Source of the DNA: Candidatus Spyradenecus sp. | GTDB taxonomy: Bacteria; Verrucomicrobiota; Verrucomicrobiia; Opitutales; UBA953 | Reading direction: 5' to 3' | DNA length: 64,000 nucleotides | Assembly (NCBI GenBank): GCA_045535075.1 | Contig: JAZSKX010000013.1 | Location: 1-64,000, forward strand | Part shown: positions 12,601-18,778 of the stretch, piece after piece | How the letters are laid out: each line of letters starts with the position of its first letter | Position numbering within the stretch: the first letter of the stretch is position 1 | Notes under the pieces: generated by a model | The model's input: only the letters and a program-made list of their open reading frames with translations | The model's database searches: none | Told to the model about the DNA's origin: nothing | Made by a program: the position numbers and the translations under genes

Positions 12601-13044
12601 CGTTCGAAAGCTTTGATATCGCCAAAACAAATCGGCGAGTGTTTGCGCCGTTTGAATGAGATCTTCTTCGCGATTTTCGCGAAAACGGAAACAAAGTTCT
12701 TCCGGCGTAGCGTTTTCCGGCGCATGGAGCTCGCGGAGCGTTTTGAAGATGCGCCACGCAAGCGCGTCGCGATCGAAGGTATTTCGGGAAGCGGAGTTCC
12801 CGCAGTTGCTGATTTTATCGAGAAAACTTTCCGGCGAGGCGAAGCGGATGTTGGCGCAAATTCCGTTTTTTTGTGCGAGGTAATGCTGTAGCCAAATGCG
12901 TTGCGCGTAGTTGGTAATCAGAATGGTCTCGGGAACGAACGGATCGTCGCGTTGCTCAATTTCCCGCGCGAGCGCTTCTGCCAGCGTTTCGATGGAATAC
13001 GCGGGAAAGAGGCGGAAGTTCTCGAAGGCGTTTAGCGTGCCCAC
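9601..13044 (-). CDS. recC: exodeoxyribonuclease V gamma subunit
   Basis: DPFVPETIL, GICANIRF, MLTSWGK, SLLHRLQADI, HSRMREMEILRD, DILVMLPDIEAYAPFI, ITFCRLQPLRNIP. Confidence 0.9.
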   Translation of the reverse strand: MGTLNAFENFRLFPAYSIETLAEALAREIEQRDDPFVPETILITNYAQRIWLQHYLAQKNGICANIRFASPESFLDKISNCGNSASRNTFDRDALAWRIFKTLRELHAPENATPEELCFRFRENREEDLIQTAQTLADLFWRYQSFRTEMIVAWTRGEDIPELSNASETFKFEYARQKNLWQKLALRDDEIPAMRYRNFYEGNYKINTENLPKRLFVFAPTALPKTHFEMLKKLSEHTPILFYYHNLSENFWVESRNQKSNLAKPESAERGNEMLTSWGKAARALANGLIECNLLGNGENLDQAPERDSLLHRLQADIRENIVREDAPAEDDLFAAAFPPAEGCVSLRIHAAHSRMREMEILRDDLRDLTARDPAIRPRDILVMLPDIEAYAPFIRTVFGDSEFPFSLADSADAARFGGITAFLSLLKIAQGEMRLSEISELFDSEALTRALKLDEDDVRLLRKILIASNLRWGADASSRERRFFESADALPEDSDACSRAAYNHSWRFGLRRCALGVMTETSFSETEEPLSFGDNREILPSENLPENVAELLGKFFRVFEAATTIAAHYSGNKKSVAEWCRFLKCDLADTLFEFSDDEIEESAMLADAIDSVRQAAENAGIGDLEVELKTVVQMLENRSWESRHGAGMLRGKITFCRLQPLRNIPAKAIYIAGMNPGEFPRPAQKSALDLIAQWPGVLEWDRTPRDEDCLLLLEAVLAAKTYLRFSYIGRNAKNNFVIHPCTPLSKFIDEAVETLIPQHFSGEAREKAAVDALRHFFFEHGPQSPETEKLSGASSEKQQWRPPFLGNKGLELSPREHEMFSSLTADQIAEFLSEPAKFFCENRLRLMQAWKDKAISDADPESAKVKTKQLFPQLVGLGLGALSAPGVERQNEIVESMLEALGKTVRQKKASGDFPVNCETESLAVDDNLRLKYFKRNQYTWAQTLGKEFLPTEKSTPVARTLKFEADAKAFPSGVTVRLEFDTLRDADEAFCCVKSFPRVYSTAWEFKIHAAVYAAFIKEAIPETKFTFIALHPNFVSRKQDSVLKIDSDAIPDKLALKLLRRFFEGMENPPPFFAGMPLPESDDADTFLKKFSDEAGKSEDFARPFREFLFGSAVPAACADAVRGNVFEFAREIATLFPQPKKKK

Positions 13045-13059
13045 GGCGGGAGAAACCTT

Positions 13060-13584
13060 TTAGAACTTTCGCCAAATGCAGAAGCGATTGGCATCCGAAA
13101 GCAGGAGAGCCCCGGCAATCGCGAGGGTGTAGATTCCGAGAGTTCCCGCAGATCCGGAAGGATCGATGAGCGAAAGTCCGAGTGTGAGCGCGGCAAAAAT
13201 CATTCCCAAGGCGAACAGGGAAGTGCGCGTGGCGATGCCGAGCAATACGCCGCTTCCGAACAGAATCAGAGCCGGGCCAATCGCGTAATAAAACACATGA
13301 AGAAGCCATTCCGGAAGAAGCGCGTCGCCGAGAAGTTTCTCGAATTCGCGCGCGGGAACGCCGATGTAGGAATCAAAATCGTAGCTGCGAGCGATGCTCG
13401 CCGTCATTTCGCCGGTTTCCGGATTTTCTTCAAAGATCTTCTCCGATCGGGCGAACTTGGCGAGTCCGCTTGCCAATGCGGAAGCGCCAATCCACAGACG
13501 AAGCACTAAAAATGCAAGCGTGCGGGCAGGCGGGCAGGCGGGATTTTCTGCGGGAACGGAGGCGGTGTTGTCGTCGGATAGCAT
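13060..13584 (-). CDS. DoxX family membrane protein
   Basis: FLVLRLWIG..SGLAKF and LLGIATR pattern, four hydrophobic segments. Confidence 0.7.
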   Translation of the reverse strand: MLSDDNTASVPAENPACPPARTLAFLVLRLWIGASALASGLAKFARSEKIFEENPETGEMTASIARSYDFDSYIGVPAREFEKLLGDALLPEWLLHVFYYAIGPALILFGSGVLLGIATRTSLFALGMIFAALTLGLSLIDPSGSAGTLGIYTLAIAGALLLSDANRFCIWRKF

Positions 13585-13656
13585 GGAAAAAGCGTTTCCG
13601 TTTTCAGCCGTTCCCGCAAGACTGAAAATTCTGTCCGAAAAAACATATTAAAATGA

Positions 13657-13685
13657 TTGACTGTGTGAACGAGTTTTCGCATAAC
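13657..13685 (+). promoter_or_regulatory. putative sigma-70 promoter
   Basis: TTGACT-17 nt-CATAAC. Confidence 0.5.
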
Positions 13686-13691
13686 GTTTGT

Positions 13692-13827
13692 AGATTTAAT
13701 TCCTTGTTGTTCGGTAGGAAAAACACCAAAGATAAATTTTGTTGAATTCGAGGTTTTTACTCGAAAGAGACCTGACCAGATCCCATACCCGGAGTCCTCG
13801 CTGAAAGGCGGGGGCTCCTCTTTTTTT
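13692..13827 (+). ncRNA. candidate small RNA ending in intrinsic terminator
   Basis: No plus-strand ORF in the track between promoter-like site and terminator GGAGTCCTCGC-tgaaag-GCGGGGGCTCC-TCTTTTTTT (13791-13827); internal hairpin TCGAG-gttttta-CTCGA. Confidence 0.4.
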
Positions 13828-13867
13828 GTTTGCGTCGGCGTGGGAACGCTCATAACTTTCCCGCAAG

Positions 13868-13963
13868 TTTTCAGTAAGGGGTGCCCGCGGGAACGTTTCC
13901 CGTCGGCTGAGATTATACCCGCGAACCTGATCCGGATAATGCCGGCGTAGGAAATGCTGAGGA
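13868..13963 (+). promoter_or_regulatory. TPP riboswitch
   Basis: GGGGTGC...GCTGAGA..ATACCC..GAACCTGATCCGGATAATGCCGGCGTAGGAA consensus upstream of thiamine genes. Confidence 0.96.
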
Positions 13964-14053
13964 AGTTTCGACCGTGTTGCGCGAACGAGTGTTCCCGCAC
14001 CGTGCGCTCTTTTGAAAACGAAAAAAATAACAGAAAGAGCAAAAAACATGGTT

Positions 14054-14821
14054 ATGGAAGAACAGATCTCGGGCGCAATCGTGCGTTCGTTTTTCAAAAA
14101 ACTCGAAAGCCGCCTCGCGGTGGACGTCGCCATCGTCGGCGCAGGACCGAGCGGACTCGTCGCCGCGCGCGACCTCGCAAAAGCCGGCTACAAAGTTGCA
14201 ATTTACGAAAGCAAACTCGCGCCCGGCGGCGGCGTTTGGGGCGGCGGAATGCTGATGAACGAAGTCGTCGTTCAAGACGACGCGGCAGAAATTCTCCGCG
14301 ATTTCGAAATTACGACCATTCCGTGCGGGAACGGGTTTCACACGGTCGATTCCGTTGAAATGGCGGCGGGGCTCATTTTCGGCGCGCGCAAAGCGGGAGC
14401 GGTGATTTTTAACACGGTCTGCGTCGAAGACATCGTCGTTCACAACGGCGTCATCGCGGGCGTTGTCATCAACTGGAATCCCGTGCGGCGGCTCGACATG
14501 CACGTCGATCCGATTGTCGTTACCGCGCGCGCCGTGGTAGACGGCACCGGGCATCCGAGCGAAATCGTCCGCAAAGCCGTCAACAAAGCCGGCGTTCAAA
14601 TCGATTCGCCGACGGGCGGCATTCTCGGCGAAAAACCCATGTGGATGGAAGACGGCGAACGCACGACCGTTGAAAACACGAAGCGGCTTTTCCCCGGGCT
14701 TTACGCTTCCGGCATGGCGGCAAACAACGTGCAGGGCGGCTTCCGCATGGGCCCGATTTTCGGCGGCATGCTTAAAAGCGGCCGCAAACTCGCGGGCATC
14801 ATCGCCGAAGATTTAAAATAA
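14054..14821 (+). CDS. thi4: sulfide-dependent thiazole synthase (Thi4 family)
   Basis: [24 protein letters not shown] (His, not Cys), RMGPIFGGM; start could also be ATG 14048. Confidence 0.93.
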   Translation: MEEQISGAIVRSFFKKLESRLAVDVAIVGAGPSGLVAARDLAKAGYKVAIYESKLAPGGGVWGGGMLMNEVVVQDDAAEILRDFEITTIPCGNGFHTVDSVEMAAGLIFGARKAGAVIFNTVCVEDIVVHNGVIAGVVINWNPVRRLDMHVDPIVVTARAVVDGTGHPSEIVRKAVNKAGVQIDSPTGGILGEKPMWMEDGERTTVENTKRLFPGLYASGMAANNVQGGFRMGPIFGGMLKSGRKLAGIIAEDLK

Positions 14822-14831
14822 AAGCTTAGGA

Positions 14832-14909
14832 GCTTAGAAGCTGAAAAGTTTGGCAGCTTCGCAAGAAATATTTCTCGCCGAAGGCGGCTAAGCTTTTCAG
14901 CTTTTAAGC
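14832..14909. repeat. long imperfect palindrome between thi4 and thiE
   Basis: GCTTAGAAGCTGAAAAGTTTGGCAGCTTCG...CGAAGGCGGCTAAGCTTTTCAGCTTTTAAGC with self-complementary AGAAAT/ATTTCT centre. Confidence 0.75.
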
Positions 14910-14932
14910 ACTTTAACTTCTTTTTCCTTTTT

Positions 14933-15556
14933 ATGAAAAATTTCGGACTTTATCTCGTTATCACCGATCCCGCGACAAGCTACGAAACCTGCGCGGAAGC
15001 CGCCGTGCGCGCCGGCGTGCGCTTCGTCCAGCTGCGCATGAAACACACGCCGCGGGAACGCATCGTCGCAACCGCGAAAAATCTCCGCGCAATCACGGCG
15101 GGAACGCCGACGCTTTTCATCGTCAACGACGATCCCGAAATCGCCGCCGAAACCGGAGCCGACGGCGTGCATCTCGGGCAAAGCGACTTGCCGATTCCCG
15201 TCGCACGGGAACGCTTTCCCTCGCTGAAAATTTTCGGGCTCTCCACGCATTCGCTCACACAGGTCGAAGCCGCGTGCAAACTCGCGCCGGATTACATCGG
15301 CGTAGGCCCCGTTTACGCGACGCCGACCAAGGAAATCCCCGACGCAACGCTCGGGCTTGAAACCATGCAAAAAATGATTGCCGCCGCGCACGTTCCCGCC
15401 GTTGCCATCGGTGGTATCGACGCATTCCGCCTGCCGGACGTCCTGCGCGCGGGAGCGCGAAACTTCGCCGTCGTCCGCGCCGTCTGCCGCGCCTCCGACC
15501 CCTACGCCGCCATCCGCCGCCTACAGGAAACCCGGGAACGCACAATTCCGGATTAA
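14933..15556 (+). CDS. thiE: thiamine phosphate synthase
   Basis: VQLRMK, FIVNDD, GVHLGQSD, GLSTHS, GPVYATPTK, VAIGGI. Confidence 0.95.
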   Translation: MKNFGLYLVITDPATSYETCAEAAVRAGVRFVQLRMKHTPRERIVATAKNLRAITAGTPTLFIVNDDPEIAAETGADGVHLGQSDLPIPVARERFPSLKIFGLSTHSLTQVEAACKLAPDYIGVGPVYATPTKEIPDATLGLETMQKMIAAAHVPAVAIGGIDAFRLPDVLRAGARNFAVVRAVCRASDPYAAIRRLQETRERTIPD

Positions 15557-15910
15557 CGTTAGGAGCTCTTACGTTCGGCGGATGTGTTACCGTCGGCGCT
15601 AAAAATTCGTTTTGAGGAAATCGATGAGAGTTGGGGGCTGAGAGCTTAGAGGCAAATGCGTTCCCGCAAGCGGAAAAAAGGTCTTCGAAATCCGTTTTCG
15701 TGAAGCGAGGCGCAAATACCTATCATCTCTCAGCGCTCCTCGCTCGTCAGAAACTCTATTTATAGAACTCCCCTTAGATTGGCAAGGTATACATTCCTTC
15801 GTCCATGCGCGTTTCTCCCCAAATCTCTTTTCCTTTTGAAAAATCCCGTCAAAAGGCATTCAATTTCCGGCAGTAAAATTATATCTCACAAAATTCCGCT
15901 TCCCGCATCT

Positions 15911-18766
15911 ATGCCTTTGTCTTGGAACGAAATCCGCCAACGTGCCATCAAGTTTTCCCGCGAATGGGAAGGTGAAGCGCGAGAATCCGCCGAATACGCT
16001 TCTTTTTGGAACGACTTTTTCGACGTTTTCGGAATTCGCCGCCGCACCGTCGCTTCTTTTCAGGAGCCCGTCAGAAAACTTTCCGGCGACTACGGCTTCA
16101 TCGATTTATTTTGGAAAGGCACCGTGCTCGTCGAGCATAAATCTCTCGGAAAAAGTTTCGACAAAGCCGAATGCCAAGCCTTTGACTACATTCAGGCTCT
16201 CTGCAATGAAGGTCGTGAAGAGGAATGTCCGCGCTACGTCATTCTATCCGATTACAAACGAATAAAACTTTTCGATCTCGAACCCGACGATTGCGCACTC
16301 CCGCTCGTCGACAAAACACACTGCGCCGAATACGAATTCGAGCTTAGGGATTTTCACAAAAACGTTCACCTCTTCGCCTTCATTCCGGGCTACAAGCAGT
16401 ATCGTCACCACGACGAAGCGCCCGTAAATCTCAAAGCGGTAAAACTTCTCAGCGACCTGCACATCGAACTCGAAAAGTCCGGATACGGCGGGCACGATCT
16501 CGAAGTCTTCCTCGTTCGCATCCTGTTCTGTTTTTTTGCGGATGATACCGGAATCTTTGAGCGCGATTCCTTCAAGCTTTACATCGAAAACAAAACACAC
16601 GAGGACGGCTCCGATCTCGGCATGCGCCTTGCCCGCCTTTTCCAGCTTTTAAATACGCCGCCGGAAAAACGCCAAGCCAACCTCGACGAAGACCTCGCCG
16701 CGTTCCCGTATGTCAACGGCGGCCTTTTTGCCGAGAACCTAAACTTCGCCGACCTCAATCGCACCATGCGGGAACGCCTCCTGCGATGCGCAAATTTCGA
16801 CTGGGCTGCGATTTCGCCCGCAGCCTTCGGCTCGCTTTTCCAAGGCATCATGGATGCCAAAACTCGCCGTGAACTTGGCGCCCACTACACCTCCGAAGCC
16901 GACATCCTAAAACTCATCCGTCCGCTTTTCCTCGACGAGCTCCGCGCCGAATTTGAGGCAGCCAAAAACGACCGCTCTTCCCGCAGAAAACAACGCTTGG
17001 AAAAATTACTCGCCAAACTCCCGACGTTGACGTTTTTCGATCCTGCTTGCGGTTGCGGAAACTTCCTCATCATTGCCTATCGAGAACTTCGCCTACTCGA
17101 AATTGATATTTTAAAAGAATTATTTGCACGGGAGAGAGCATCAAGTGAAAAGACTCTTGGTTTTAAATTTTCGTCAAAATCAGGAACAACTCCAAGTCGT
17201 GTTGATGTTGACCAATTTTACGGAATCGAGCTCGAAGAATGGCCCGCACGCATCGCCGAAGTTTCCCTTTGGCTGATGGACCACAAAATGAATCAGGAAC
17301 TCTCGCTGATTTTCGGGGAACTCTATGTGCGCATCCCGCTTAAAAAATCACCCAACATCCATGTCGGGAACGCACTCACAAACGATTGGAAAACAATTAT
17401 TCTTCCCGAGAAATGTTCCTACATTTTAGGAAATCCGCCGTTCGCGGGCTCCAAATTTCAGAGCAAAGGACAACGGGAAGAAATTGATGCCGCTTTCGAG
17501 GGAAAGACCAAGAGCGGAATTTTGGATTATGTTTCCGGCTGGTATGCAAAAGCGGCAGAATTTATCGCGGGAACGAAAATTCGGGTTGGATTTGTATCTA
17601 CAAATTCCATTACGCAGGGCGAACAAGTTGATGCGCTCTGGGGATTTTTGTTTCAAAAGGGAATCAAAATTCACTTCGCCTATCGCACCTTTTCTTGGCA
17701 AAGCGAAGCAAGCGGGAAAGCGCACGTTCACGTCGTAATCGTTGGGTTCGGATTTGAAGATGTTCCCGTGAAAACAATTTATGAAATTGCCGATTCGGCG
17801 GGAACGACTTCTTCTTACAACGCAAAAAATATCAACGGATATTTGATTGATGCCTCAAACATTTCGTTACCTAATCGCTCAAAACCGATTTGCAACGTTC
17901 CCGAAATCGGAATCGGAAATAAACCGATTGACGGCGGGAATTACCTTTTTACCGACGAAGAAAAAACGGCGTTTTTAGAAAAAGAACCTTCTGCCGAAAA
18001 ATATTTTCGAAAATGGTATGGTTCGGACGAATTTATTAACGGCTGGCACCGTTGGTGTCTGTGGCTTGGGGATTGTCCTCCCGGCGAATTGAGGAAAATG
18101 CCGGAATGTATGAAGCGCGTTGAAGCCGTAAGAAAGCTTCGACTCGAAAGCAAGAGCAAGCCGACCAACCACCTTGCGGAAACGCCGACACGCTTTCACG
18201 TCGAAAACATGCCTGCGGGAACGTTTATCGTTATTCCGGAAGTTTCTTCCGAAAGACGTGATTACGTTCCGATCGGCTTTTTCAGTCCGGATGTTTTGTG
18301 CAGTAATTTGGTGAAAATCATTCCCGATGCGACGCTTTATCATTTCGGTATTTTGACTTCGACGATGCACAACGCGTGGATGCGTCAGGTTTGCGGACGT
18401 CTCGAAAGCAGGTATCGCTATTCGGCGGGAATTGTTTACAACAACTTCATTTGGCCGTCGGGCGTTCCCGCGAAAGCTCGCGAAAAAATCGAAAACCTTG
18501 CGCAGAAAATTTTGGATGTGCGCAAAATCTACATCGACGGGCAAGGCAGTTCCCTCGCCGATTTGTATGACCCGCTCACAATGCCCGGTGATTTGCTCCG
18601 CGCTCACCGTGAGCTCGACAAAGCCGTTGACAAACTCTACCGCAAAGAACCCTTCACCTCCGAGCGCGAACGCGTCGAATTCCTTTTCGCCCTCTACGAA
18701 TCCGCCGCTACCCCACTCGCTCCTGCGACACCAAAACTTTCTCCCCGCAAACGGAAAACACAGTAG
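15911..18766 (+). CDS. MmeI-family type IIL restriction-modification enzyme (endonuclease + N6-adenine MTase + TRD)
   Basis: Start revised to MPLSWNEI (ATG 15911); PD-(D/E)xK-like FIDLF..LVEHKS, YVNGGLF, GAHYTS, FFDPACGCGNFL, GNPPF, TNSITQGEQV, GRLESRYRYS, LADLYDP. Confidence 0.93.
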   Translation: MPLSWNEIRQRAIKFSREWEGEARESAEYASFWNDFFDVFGIRRRTVASFQEPVRKLSGDYGFIDLFWKGTVLVEHKSLGKSFDKAECQAFDYIQALCNEGREEECPRYVILSDYKRIKLFDLEPDDCALPLVDKTHCAEYEFELRDFHKNVHLFAFIPGYKQYRHHDEAPVNLKAVKLLSDLHIELEKSGYGGHDLEVFLVRILFCFFADDTGIFERDSFKLYIENKTHEDGSDLGMRLARLFQLLNTPPEKRQANLDEDLAAFPYVNGGLFAENLNFADLNRTMRERLLRCANFDWAAISPAAFGSLFQGIMDAKTRRELGAHYTSEADILKLIRPLFLDELRAEFEAAKNDRSSRRKQRLEKLLAKLPTLTFFDPACGCGNFLIIAYRELRLLEIDILKELFARERASSEKTLGFKFSSKSGTTPSRVDVDQFYGIELEEWPARIAEVSLWLMDHKMNQELSLIFGELYVRIPLKKSPNIHVGNALTNDWKTIILPEKCSYILGNPPFAGSKFQSKGQREEIDAAFEGKTKSGILDYVSGWYAKAAEFIAGTKIRVGFVSTNSITQGEQVDALWGFLFQKGIKIHFAYRTFSWQSEASGKAHVHVVIVGFGFEDVPVKTIYEIADSAGTTSSYNAKNINGYLIDASNISLPNRSKPICNVPEIGIGNKPIDGGNYLFTDEEKTAFLEKEPSAEKYFRKWYGSDEFINGWHRWCLWLGDCPPGELRKMPECMKRVEAVRKLRLESKSKPTNHLAETPTRFHVENMPAGTFIVIPEVSSERRDYVPIGFFSPDVLCSNLVKIIPDATLYHFGILTSTMHNAWMRQVCGRLESRYRYSAGIVYNNFIWPSGVPAKAREKIENLAQKILDVRKIYIDGQGSSLADLYDPLTMPGDLLRAHRELDKAVDKLYRKEPFTSERERVEFLFALYESAATPLAPATPKLSPRKRKTQ

Positions 18767-18778
18767 AGAAAAATTGCT

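Noticed and set aside
13730..13790. Cobalamin or yybP-ykoY riboswitch suggested by GAGACCTGACC
   Set aside because: The other conserved elements of those aptamers are missing.
15911..18766. CGGGAAC as the target of the MmeI-like enzyme (ends in AC)
   Set aside because: TRD residues point to C, not G, at position 3, and R-M sites are not normally over-represented.
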